Positions 10,184 through 19,922 of a stretch of DNA of 64,000 nt are shown here, piece by piece. The stretch is from an uncultured Alphaproteobacteria bacterium (GTDB lineage Bacteria > Pseudomonadota > Alphaproteobacteria > UBA8366), in the NCBI GenBank assembly GCA_963711215.1, contig CAVQDH010000002.1:982134-1046133 (forward strand), read 5' to 3'. How positions within the stretch are numbered: position 1 is the first letter of the stretch; each line of letters opens with the position of its first letter. The translations under genes and the position numbers were made by a program. The notes under the pieces are model-generated. The model saw nothing but the letters and a program-made list of their open reading frames with translations, had not been told where the DNA came from and searched no databases.

Positions 10184-11463
10184 CTACCGGCCGCCGTCAT
10201 TCGCCACTCCCAGCTTCTTGTTTCCGGCTTGATGCGCCTCCGCCGGCTGCGCGGCGACGCGCCGGAAAATGGCATCGTAGGCCGCGAGGAGCGGCGGCAC
10301 GGAATGCTGCCAGACGAGCTTCTCACGCACACGTTTCGCGCCGTATTCCGACATCTTCCTGCACAGCGCAGGGTCCTTCAACAGGCGCGAGATCGCTTCC
10401 GCGAGCGCGCGCTCCGAATTCGGCTCGGCATAGATCGCGGCATCCTCCGCCGAAACGCGGTGCTCGGTCAGCGCGTAGGCGACGATCGGCAGGCCGAAGA
10501 ACATGTATTCCATGATCTTGTTCATGGTGCTCTTGTCCGACCAGTCGGTTCTTCGGGTCCGGGTCGACCGCGATGTCGGCCGATGACAGGATGCGGCACA
10601 GATCCTCGTCGCTGACGCGGCCGGTGAAGGTGCAGTAGTCGCCGACGCCGACCTCGTCCGCATAGGCCTTGATCAGCGGCTGCTCGGGACCGCCGCCGAC
10701 GAACACCGCATGGAAGTCGTCGTGCCCCAGCTCGTCGCGCAGCGTCGCCACCGCGCGGACCAGGTGATCGACGCCGTCCTGCTTGCACATCTCGCCGAGA
10801 TAGACGAGCAGCTTCGCCTTGCCGCGCTTCCATGACGAGGTCGGGCTCGTACACCTTGAAGCGGTCGAGATCCGGCCCCGAGCGGACGATGTAGACATCC
10901 TCCGCCGCCAGGCCGCCGCGCTGCTGGGCGATCCTCTTGTGGCTTTCGTTGGTCGTGATGACGACGTCCGCGGTTTTGAACGTCATCCACTCGAGGAACA
11001 GCAGGCCGCGATACATCGCCCCGCCGGTGCGCCCGAACTTGGCGGCGTACATCTCAGGCGAGAGGTCGTGGTGGTCGAACAGGAAGCGCTTGCCGAACAG
11101 GCGCCAGAACCAGCCGAGCAGCCAGAAGGTCTCCGGCGGATTGCAGGCGTGGATCACGTCGAAACCGCGGCCGGTGACCGCGATGCGCACGGACTTCATG
11201 AAGGTGCGGATGAAGCACCAGGCGAACTCCATGACGAAGCCCAGCGCGCCCTGCGCGTCGATCGGCAGGCCGTAGCGGTAGATGTCGACGCCCTCGAGCC
11301 GCTCGAAGGATTCGTTGAAGCCTTTCGCCTTGGGACAGATCACGCTGACGCCGTACCCGGCCTCGGTCAGCGAGGTCGCCTCGAGCCAGACCCGCCGGTC
11401 GAACGGAACCGGCAGGTTCTGGACGATGATCAGGACGCGGCGGCCGTTACCAGCAGAGGCCAT
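10184..11463 (-). pseudogene. family 4 glycosyltransferase, two frameshifts
   Basis: MASAGNGRRVLIIVQNLPVPFDRRVWLEATSL...HACNPPETFW...FDHHDLSPE. It shifts near 10840 to WKRGKAKLLVYLGEMCKQDGVDHL...VFVGGGPEQ, then near 10550 to DWSDKSTMNKIMEYMFFGLPIVAY. The start overlaps the upstream dehydrogenase stop by 17 nt. Confidence 0.75.
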
Positions 11464-12760
11464 TGTACCCACCGGCGGAGAACTGGTTGTTGGCGATGCG
11501 GACCAGGTCGACGACGCGCTGGCTCATGTTGAGGCGCCGCACCACGTCGGTGAAATAGCGGTCGCTGTTGCCGACCACGATGGTGCCGCCGTGATTGACG
11601 ACCTCGTCCACGTCGTCGACCAGGAGCTTGGCGATGTGCGGCAGGTGCTCGAAGATGTAGGCGCGGTTGGCGCCGACGAGCCGGCTCAGGTTCACGTTGT
11701 GATCGAAGATGCGGATCTCATGCCCCTTGCCGAGAAGGCGCTCGACCAGCTCGACCACCGGGCTTTCGCGCAGGTCGTCGGTGCCCGCCTTGAAGCTCAG
11801 GCCGAGCACGCCGACGCGCCGCTCGTTGAGGTCGAGCACCATCCTGAGCGCGCGCTCGATATGGCGCTCGTTGCTCGGCATGATCGAATTGATCAGCGGC
11901 GTATCGAGGTCGAGGCTGCGGGCCTTGTAGGTCAGCGCGCGCACGTCCTTCGGCAGGCAGGAGCCACCGAACGCGAAGCCGGGCCGCAAGTACTTGGACG
12001 ATATGTTTAATTTCGTGTCCTGGCAGAAAATGTCCATGACCGCGCCGCCGTCGACATTGGCCGCCTTGCTGATGCTGCCGATCTCGTTGGCGAAGGCGAC
12101 CTTGATCGCGTGCCAGGTGTTGTCCGCGTATTTCACCATTTCCGCGACTTCGTATCCGGTGCAGATCTTCGGTGCGTCGAAGCCGCCGTTGAGCGATTCG
12201 AGCATGGACTGGGTCCGATGGTCGCTCGCGGCGAACACCACCTTCGGCGGGTTGTAGAAATCCCACACGGCCGTGCTCTCGCGCAGGAACTCCGGGAAGA
12301 AGCCCGCGCCGAGGTCGTCGCCGACCGTCTTGCCCGATGCCGCTTCCAGCGTCGGGATGACGAGGCTGCGCAGGGTTCCGGGAAGAACGGTGCTGCGGAT
12401 CACGACGGCGTAGAAATCTTTCTTGTCGCGCAGTGCCGCGCCGATCTCCTCGCAGACGCGCTTGACGTAGCTGAGATCGAGATTGCCGTTCGCGCTGCTC
12501 GGCGTGCCGACGCAGACGATCGCCATGTCGCTGTCGCGGACGGCGGCGGCGCTGTCGGTCGTGGCGAGCAGCGTGCCCGCGGTGACGGCCTCGGCCATCA
12601 TCACGTCGACGTCCTTTTCGACGACCGGGCTCTTGCCCTGATTGATCAGCTCGACCTTGGCGGCGTTGGCGTCGACGCCGATGACGCGATGGCCTTCCTT
12701 CGACAAGCAGGCCGCGGAAACCGCACCCACGTAGCCCAGACCGAAAATCGCGATATTCAT
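11447..12760 (-). CDS. nucleotide-sugar 6-dehydrogenase (UDP-glucose/GDP-mannose dehydrogenase family)
   Basis: The frame is intact. ATG 12760 gives MNIAIFGLGYVGAVSAACLSKEGHRVIGVDANAAKVELINQGKSPVVE. The catalytic-region motif GFAFGGSCLPKD is present. The sugar specificity cannot be resolved from sequence. Confidence 0.85.
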   Translation of the reverse strand: MNIAIFGLGYVGAVSAACLSKEGHRVIGVDANAAKVELINQGKSPVVEKDVDVMMAEAVTAGTLLATTDSAAAVRDSDMAIVCVGTPSSANGNLDLSYVKRVCEEIGAALRDKKDFYAVVIRSTVLPGTLRSLVIPTLEAASGKTVGDDLGAGFFPEFLRESTAVWDFYNPPKVVFAASDHRTQSMLESLNGGFDAPKICTGYEVAEMVKYADNTWHAIKVAFANEIGSISKAANVDGGAVMDIFCQDTKLNISSKYLRPGFAFGGSCLPKDVRALTYKARSLDLDTPLINSIMPSNERHIERALRMVLDLNERRVGVLGLSFKAGTDDLRESPVVELVERLLGKGHEIRIFDHNVNLSRLVGANRAYIFEHLPHIAKLLVDDVDEVVNHGGTIVVGNSDRYFTDVVRRLNMSQRVVDLVRIANNQFSAGGYNGLCW

Positions 12761-12790
12761 GTCTCGTCTCACTTTCTCTTCCGTCTTGAT

Positions 12791-14855
12791 CTAGCCCTGA
12801 GGGGCATGCGTGGCGGCGACGGCGTCGCTGTCGGCGGCCACGGTTTCTTTTTCACGCAGGTCGATGCGCAGCTCGGTGGTGAGGCGCAGCCCGCTTGCGG
12901 CCACGCCGGTGCCGATCAGGGTCGTGATCGGGATCTTTCCGCCGAAGCACGGCGAGTACCATCCAAGCGGTGGCTCCGTCTGGCCGGCTCACGGCTTCCC
13001 AGGTCAGTTCCTCGGGCAGCCGCATGGTCGCCCGCCGGCGTCCGCCATCGGCGTCCCAGCTGAGCTGCGCGACCACGCCGTCGAGATAGCAATCGACCTC
13101 GGGCCCGAAGTGGAACGCGACGCGGCAGTCATGCGTGCCCGTGCTCCGCACCAGGTCCTCGATCACCACCTTGCCGGTGCCGCGCGTCAGGCGGACGGTC
13201 CGCTGATGGCTTGCCTTCGGCGTCAGGCGGCGATAGCCGTCATGCACGGCGCACCACACCGCTTCCGCGCCGCTGTCGAGCCCGCTGGCGGTGATGAGCT
13301 CGCTCTGCGCCGCCTTCAGCCAGAGGAACGGGCCGCCCGATACCGACTGGTCCAGGCCGTCGAGCTCGAGGCAGTTGTGGCCGATGGTCGAGCGGAAATA
13401 GCGCCGCCACGCCGCCTCGCCCTGGTAGGTGTAGGTGCCGGGATCGACGAGCAGCTCGACACCACCGCAGCGCAGCTCCACCGAAAGCGCGTCGGCATGC
13501 GCATGCGCGGCGATCGACAGGAAGCCGTGCGGGCCGTGGTCGCAACGGCACCAGATCTCGTCCGCCGTGCCCGTTTTGTCGCGCAGCAGCGTCATGCCGG
13601 CGTCGGGGAACAGGTTGGGCATGGATGCCGGCCGGCGTCCCGACGGCATCTGCCGCCCGGCGAGGTGCCGCCACAGCAGCGACCTGAGATCGGGCTTCAC
13701 CGCGCCGGCGGGCCACCAGTCGCGGGCCCCGAAGAAGGATGCGCCCGACGCGAGCAGGGATGTGCAGGGATTGGCGTCCGGGTCGTCCAGCACGAGGCCG
13801 CGTCCCTGGTCGCCGTCGCCCTGGCGGGGCGGGCGGCCGCGCACGTCGATGACCGCCGCAAGCGCGTCGGTCATCTCGCAGATGCGGTGCCAGAAATCCG
13901 AGCCCAGGGGATGCCCCGAGGCTTCGCCTTCGACCGCGGCGGCGAGGAACAGCTCCAGCACGAGGATGTGGTAGCTGGTGGCGAGCTCACGGTTGAGGCC
14001 GCTCTCGAATGTCTGGAGCCGCGCCTCGCGGCGAAGCACCGCGGCGGCATGGGTGCGCCAGTCATGCGACTCCGGGAAGAAAGGGAAGGCGCAGCAGGCG
14101 GCGAACTGTCCCGCTTCCTCGGCGATCACATGGTTGTTGGCGGACGACCCGTGGCTCCGCAGCCGCGCCAGATAGTCCTGGTGATGGTGAAGCTGGCGCC
14201 GGAAGTCGGGATTGTCGTCGAACAGCGCCGCGACGCCGGGCCAGCCCGCCAGCAGGCGGCGGACCCAGACCCAGGAGATCAGCCGGATGCCGATTTCGAT
14301 GCCGCTGGTCCAATGAATGCCGGACAGGAACGGGTTCTCACGCATCCAGGATTGCAGCTGCGCCGCGGCGAACTCGGCATAGCGGGCATCCTCGGTCAGA
14401 TAGTAGGCGGCCGCGATCACGGTGAGCTGGTGATGCCGCGACGGCTCCCAGACATATTTCACGGTGCCCGACCGCTCGGCGTTGCGGTGGTCGATGTCGA
14501 AGGCATAGTCGGCTTGCGGCGCGCGGAGGCCGGTCCGCGGATCGAGGAACCAGTCGGGATCGGCGGACAGGTCTTGCCATTCGCGGTCGAAGAAGCGGAA
14601 GCGCCCTTCCAGCGCGGCATCCGCCGTCCGCAGGATGCGCGCGGCCACCGCCGCCGGCACCTGGGCGCGATCGAAATCGGCAAGCCCCGATGCGAAGGGC
14701 GCAATGTTCCTGCTGCAAAGCTGCAGCGGATCCGCCTGGCCGGGCCGGACCTGTCGCCGGCGCCAGCGGCGTTTCGTCCACGCGTCGCGCAGCCGGCCGT
14801 TGACCTCGGCCGGGGACATCTTGGACAGCCGGCGGAGATACCAGCTCAGGCTCAT
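12791..14855 (-). pseudogene. heparinase II/III-family (alginate-lyase-fold) protein, single frameshift near the 3' end
   Basis: ATG 14855 gives MSLSWYLRRLSKMSPAEV...SGIHWTSGIEIGIRLISWVW...SSANNHVIAEEAG...HAHADALSVEL...GTYTYQG...STIGHNCLELDG. After TWEAVS (about 12985) the sensible frame changes to GQTEPPLGWYSPCFGGKIPITTLIGTG...THAPQG, with a stop at 12791-12793. The start forms an ATGA overlap with the upstream gene's stop. Confidence 0.7.
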
Positions 14856-17097
14856 TGCGCGGCCTCCGTGCCGGTATAGGCCACGGCCGCTTCTTCCGCG
14901 TCGGCGTCGTCCCAGCTCGGCCAGTCGGCGATGCGCTCCGGGCGGCGGGTCGCAACGCTGCGCGCCACCGCGAAGGTCGCGGCCGTGGTCGCGATCAGGG
15001 ATTCGACCGGGACCGGCATCTCGCCGCCTGACTTGACGGCATCGATGAAGGCCGCGAGCTCCTGCTTCTGGCCTTTGTCGATGCTGGCGGCGCGCGCCTT
15101 CTTGACCTTGCCGCCGCGCCAGACCTCGGTCCGGCGGAAGTTGTCCATGCGCGCGACCTTGCCGTCGGCGAAGACTTCCATCACCTCCTTCGGGTATTTC
15201 GGATCGCCATGCGTCACATAGGCGAGCTTGGCGATCGACCCGTCGGCGTAGGTGAGAGTGGCGATCAGGTTGTCCGGATCGTCGGGCGTGGCGGTCGCGT
15301 AGACCTCGACCGGCGCGCGGTCGAGCCACCAGGAGATCGTGTCGATGAAGTGGCCGCCCTCGCCGACGAAGCGCGTGCCCTGCAGGTCCGTCTGGCCATA
15401 CCAGCTCTTCGCGTCCAGCGGTCCGGCGTTCACGGTGTAATGCAGGACCTGCGGTCCGCCGGTCACGCCCCAGCTGGTGCGCATGCCGGTCAGCACGGTC
15501 GCGAAACGCCGGTTGAAGCCGACCATGAGACGATCGTTGCCGGTCTGCGCGATGGTCTCCCGCACCTGGGCGAGCTGTTCGGGCGTCACCGCCAGCGGCT
15601 TCTCGACGAAGACCGCTTTGCCGGCACGCAGCGCCTCGCAGACCATGTAGGAATGGCTGTCGTGCCGGGTGGCGATGAGCACCGCGTCGATATCGGCATC
15701 GGCGAGCAGGGCCCGGAAATCGGTCGACATGCGCTTGAAGTCGAACTTGGTCTTGGCGTTGGCGGCCGAGAGCGCCGTCGCCGTCGCGACCTCGACCAGC
15801 TCGACGTCCGGCCGGCTCTTCAGGTGCGGCAGCAGCATGGTCGTCGCGTAGTTGCCGCAGCCGATCGCGCCGAGCCGCACGCGCTCGATCGCCGAGCGAC
15901 GGACGCGGAGCGACGGCGTGGACAAGGGCTTGGATGCGACGGCTTGCTGGATCGCGGCGCCCTCCAGCGGATAGCGGAACAGGATGCCGAGGCCTTTCAG
16001 CGCACCCGAATTGATCTTCTCGTAGACCGAGACGGCGTCGTCGAAAGGCAGGATGTCGCTGGTGATCGGGCCGAAATCGAGCTTGCCCGCCGCCAGCAGG
16101 TCGAGGATGCACTCCATGTTGCGGCGCTCGGTCCAGCGCACGTAGCCGACCGGATAATCGATGCCGCCTTCCTCGTAATTCGGGTCATAGCGGCCTGGGC
16201 CGTAGGAGCGCGAGAAGCGGACGTCGAGCTCCTTCTCGTAATAGGCGTTCCACGGCAGGTCGAGCTTGCACTTGCCGATATCGGTGACGCGCGCACGGTC
16301 GCGCGCCAGCTCGGCGGCGATCTCGACCGGCTGGTTGGTGTTGCCGCCGGCGGTCAGGAAGATGTGGTCCGCGCCCGCGCCGCCGGTGAGCGTCCGACAG
16401 CTTTGCCTTCAACGCATCGAAAGAGGTATCGCCCGGGATGGCGCAAATTGTCAGCACCGCAGCTTTCCGCGAGCGCGCATCGCTCCTTCGACACGTCGAT
16501 GCCGACGACGCGCACGCCGGCCGCGCACAGGATCTGCACCAGGATCTGTCCGACCAGCCCGAGACCGATGACGCAGGCGACTTCGCCTAGCTTGGCTTCC
16601 GACTGGCGGAAGCCCTGCATCGCGATCGAGCCCACGGTGGTAAAGGCGGCGTGCAGCGCGCTGACATTCTCGGGAATCGCGACGCACAAATTCTTCGGCA
16701 CCCAGTTGTATTCGGCATGCAGCGCGAACTGGTTGCCGGCGCAGGCGACGCGCTGGCCGACCTTGAACTCCTCTGCGCCGGCGCCGACCGCGACGACCAC
16801 GCCGGCCAGCGAGTAGCCGAGCGGCGTGAAGCTGTCGAGCCGGTTCATCACCTTCTTGTAGGTCGCGACCGGGCCCTGCTGGGCGAGGGTCTGCATGACC
16901 TTCTTGACCTGGTCCGGACGCGCGCGCGCCTTGCCGATCAGCGAAAGCTTGCTCTCGTGGATCTTCATGGCTTCGGTGCCCATGGAGATCAGCGAATAGT
17001 CGGTGCGCACGAGCACGCCCCCGGATTTACAGGCCGGGGCCGGCACGTCGAGGAGGAGGATTTCGCCCGATTTATAGTTCTGTGCGATCTGCTTCAT
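14852..17097 (-). pseudogene. bi-domain oxidoreductase (Zn-alcohol-dehydrogenase-like N-domain plus Gfo/Idh/MocA C-domain), two frameshifts
   Basis: ATG 17097 gives MKQIAQNYKSGEILLLDVPAPACK...GYSLAGVVVAVGAG...VIGLGLVGQILVQIL. It shifts near 16450 to VLTICAIPGDTSFDALKAKLSD and near 16385 to LTGGAGADHIFLTAGGN...WTERRNMECILDLL...RLGAIGCGNYATTMLLPHL...AVFVEKPLA... Confidence 0.75.
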
Positions 17098-17150
17098 GGT
17101 GCCATGCCTAGAGACGAATTCGGGTGTCAACAAGTAACGGTTAGGAGTAG

Positions 17151-19067
17151 TCACAAAGAGGCGGACTGCTGGCGCAGCCAGCTTTCCAATGTCATGAGCT
17201 GCCAGATTTCCTTGGAACGGTCGGCCGTGCCGGCGCGGTCCTCGTCGACCATGCGGCGCAGGTAGCCGCCGTTCAGGAAGCCGGACTTCACCATGTTGCC
17301 GTGCATCAGGAGGTCTTCCACCATCTCGCGCAGGTCGCGCCGGATCCAGGCGCGGAGCGGCGCGCTGAAGACCGCCTTGGGCCGATAGATGATTTCCTTC
17401 GGCAGCCAGGCCTCGGCGGCCTTCTTCAGGACGGACTTGGTTTCGCGGCCGTCGATCTTGCGGCGGCCGGAAATCGAGAAGGCGGCGGCGACGACCTCGC
17501 GGTCGACATACGGCACGCGCACTTCGGTCGAGGCGGCCATGCTGGCGCGGTCGGTGTAGGCGAGGTTGAGGCCCGGCAGGAAGTGGCGGACGTCGGTGTA
17601 GCACATGCTGTTCACCTGATCGCCGCAGTTCGCCTGACGGTATTCGTTGTAGATTCCCGCATGCTCGGCGATCAGCGTGTCGACCGAGCCGTTCAGCTGC
17701 GGGTTCAGCAGGGCGTGGAACTCGGACACGCCGTAATGGGTGTAGCTACGGCGGAACGCCGCTTCCTCCGGCATGTCGGCGAAGGCGAGGAACCGTTTCG
17801 CCCAGCGCACCGTGCGGATGCCGCGGTTCCCGTAGGCCACCGGCAAGTGGTCGACGATCGGGTGCACGATGCCGTTGCGCAGCAGGCCGGGCAGCTGCCG
17901 ATAGCGGCCGGCCAACAGGCAGGCATAGTGCTTGCGGTAGCCGCCGAACAGCTCGTCCGCGCCCATGCCGGACAGCAGCACCTTGACGCCCGCGTCGCGC
18001 GCCGCCTTGCAGATCAGATAGGCGTTGATCGCGGCCGCGTCGCCGATCGGCTCGTCGAGCATGTGCACCATGCGCGGCAGCATGTCGACAACGTCCGGCG
18101 CGATCTCGATCTCGTGCAGCTTGATGTTGTTTTGCTTGGCGATGATCCGCGCATAGTGCAGATCGTCGGGCATCGCCTCGAGCCGCTTGTCTTCTTCGCG
18201 GAAAGAGATGGTGTAGCCTTCGATGTGATGGCCCTGCCGCGCCGCGATCACCGTGATCAGGCTGGAGTCGAGACCGCCGCTGAGGAAGGTCGAGACCGGC
18301 ACGTCGGCGACCATGTGGGCCGCCACGGAATCCTCGATCACCGCGCGGAGGCCGTCGACGCCGATCTCGCTATAGGAGCTGCGGATCAGCTCGCGCTGCG
18401 GATCGTAATAGCATTCCCGGTGGAAACTGCCGTCGGGCGCGATCTCCGCCCAGTAGCCCGGCGGGAGCTTTTCGACACCCTGATAGACGCAGTGCGTTTC
18501 CGGGATCCAGTAATACATGAGCGACGACACGAGCGCGGTATGGTCGATGCGCAGGCTGTTGCCGAGTGCGACCGCGATCGCCTTCAGCTCGGATGCGAAG
18601 GCCAGGCCGCCTTTGCGCCGCGCCATGAACAGCGGCTTGATGCCGAACGGATCGCGCGCGACCACCATGCGGCCGGTGCGCGTGTCGAGCAGCGCGAAGG
18701 CGAACATGCCACGCAGCCGGTTGAGGCAGTCTGCGCCCCACTTCCGCCAGGCTTCGAGCAGGACTTCGGTGTCCGAGCTCGTCCGGAAGGTGACGCCGGT
18801 GGCGCGCAGCTCGTCGGCGAGCGCCTTGTAGTTATAGATCTCGCCGTTGAAGACGATGACGAGGCCGTCCTTCTCGAAGGGCTGGTTGGCCGCGTCCGAC
18901 AGGTCGATGATCGAGAGGCGCCGGTGCCCCAGGCGCACATCGGCGCCATGGCATTGGGTTTCGTACACGCCTTCGGAGTCCGGGCCGCGGTGCGCGATCG
19001 AGCCGAGCATCTTCTGCAGGATGCCGGGGCCGGCGGGCAAATTGTAAAGGCCGACGATTCCACACAT
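17151..19067 (-). CDS. asnB: glutamine-hydrolysing asparagine-synthase-family amidotransferase (polysaccharide-cluster type)
   Basis: Intact 638-aa ORF. It has the MCGIVG Ntn-amidotransferase start, RGPDSEG, LVIVFNGEIYNY and the PP-loop SGGLDSS. It is the first gene of the minus-strand polysaccharide operon. Confidence 0.85.
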   Translation of the reverse strand: MCGIVGLYNLPAGPGILQKMLGSIAHRGPDSEGVYETQCHGADVRLGHRRLSIIDLSDAANQPFEKDGLVIVFNGEIYNYKALADELRATGVTFRTSSDTEVLLEAWRKWGADCLNRLRGMFAFALLDTRTGRMVVARDPFGIKPLFMARRKGGLAFASELKAIAVALGNSLRIDHTALVSSLMYYWIPETHCVYQGVEKLPPGYWAEIAPDGSFHRECYYDPQRELIRSSYSEIGVDGLRAVIEDSVAAHMVADVPVSTFLSGGLDSSLITVIAARQGHHIEGYTISFREEDKRLEAMPDDLHYARIIAKQNNIKLHEIEIAPDVVDMLPRMVHMLDEPIGDAAAINAYLICKAARDAGVKVLLSGMGADELFGGYRKHYACLLAGRYRQLPGLLRNGIVHPIVDHLPVAYGNRGIRTVRWAKRFLAFADMPEEAAFRRSYTHYGVSEFHALLNPQLNGSVDTLIAEHAGIYNEYRQANCGDQVNSMCYTDVRHFLPGLNLAYTDRASMAASTEVRVPYVDREVVAAAFSISGRRKIDGRETKSVLKKAAEAWLPKEIIYRPKAVFSAPLRAWIRRDLREMVEDLLMHGNMVKSGFLNGGYLRRMVDEDRAGTADRSKEIWQLMTLESWLRQQSASL

Positions 19068-19800
19068 GACGCTCAGCTTCCGCTATCGATTGGGTTTATC
19101 CGGGCCGGCACGGTCGCCGCAAAATTGACTCGAGTCGACGCGACTCGACGCATTCGTTGTACAAGCAGCCGCTGTACGCGGGCCCATCGGTCCGATCCGC
19201 TACTTTGATAACAAAAAAGTGATTGGTTAACGCAGGCACTTAACCACGCCTGCCGTTACCCCCGTCGTGTCGGGCGAAGCGCACCATGTCTGTCAAGTCC
19301 AGAAATCGATCGACTATTTCGATCGACAGGGCAGGCAGAAATGCTAAACAGAGCATAAACATATAATTGCCCGGCCAATACAACCTTCACGAGCAGATCG
19401 CGGCTGCAGCATGCGTGGGCCCTGTGCACCGCGGTTTTCGTGCGGAATTTCGAGAGCGGGGAACGGCGCGCAAGGCCTCGCCGCGTGGTGCGACTGAACA
19501 GGTCATCGGCCCTTTAGCTCCACTGCGCCTCGTATTCCTGGGCTAGTCCGATTTGGACGCCTTGCTCCGGTAGATCGGAATTCATTGCCGGAGTTTGGTC
19601 CAAGACGGCATGCGTTGACATTAGTCCATTGGGAATACCCCTTTCGAGAGAAAGACAGGGGCTGACCGGACGTGATCTACCTCAGACCGTGGCATCAGCC
19701 GTGGGCGAATCGCCGCGGGAGCATTTCGCAGGTGCAATGTTGTGCACAGGCGCCGAATGAAAAAACACTAAAGTGGTAACACAGATGCGGATTTGCCTAC

Positions 19801-19812
19801 TCAATATATTGA
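19801..19812. promoter_or_regulatory. perfect 12-bp palindrome TCAATATATTGA upstream of the ATPase gene
   Basis: Read directly. It lies about 110 nt upstream of ATG 19923 inside an 855-bp AT-richer divergent intergenic region. The operator role is a guess. Confidence 0.25.
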
Positions 19813-19922
19813 ATTACCGTGTCAATCGAGCCCAGTGTTTCCGAATAAAGTCTTCGTTTGAAGCGAATTCTGGCTCATAATTACGGAGCGTTCAGTAATT
19901 GCGCTTGTAGGCTTTCCCATCG

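Noticed and set aside
12852-16112. A 1086-aa minus-strand ORF that appears to fuse two genes
   Set aside because: Only the part downstream of ATG 14855 (heparinase II/III-like) makes sense. The upstream 400 aa or so is an out-of-frame, Arg/Pro-rich reading of the bi-domain oxidoreductase gene. The last 40 aa or so are also out of frame because of the frameshift near 12985.
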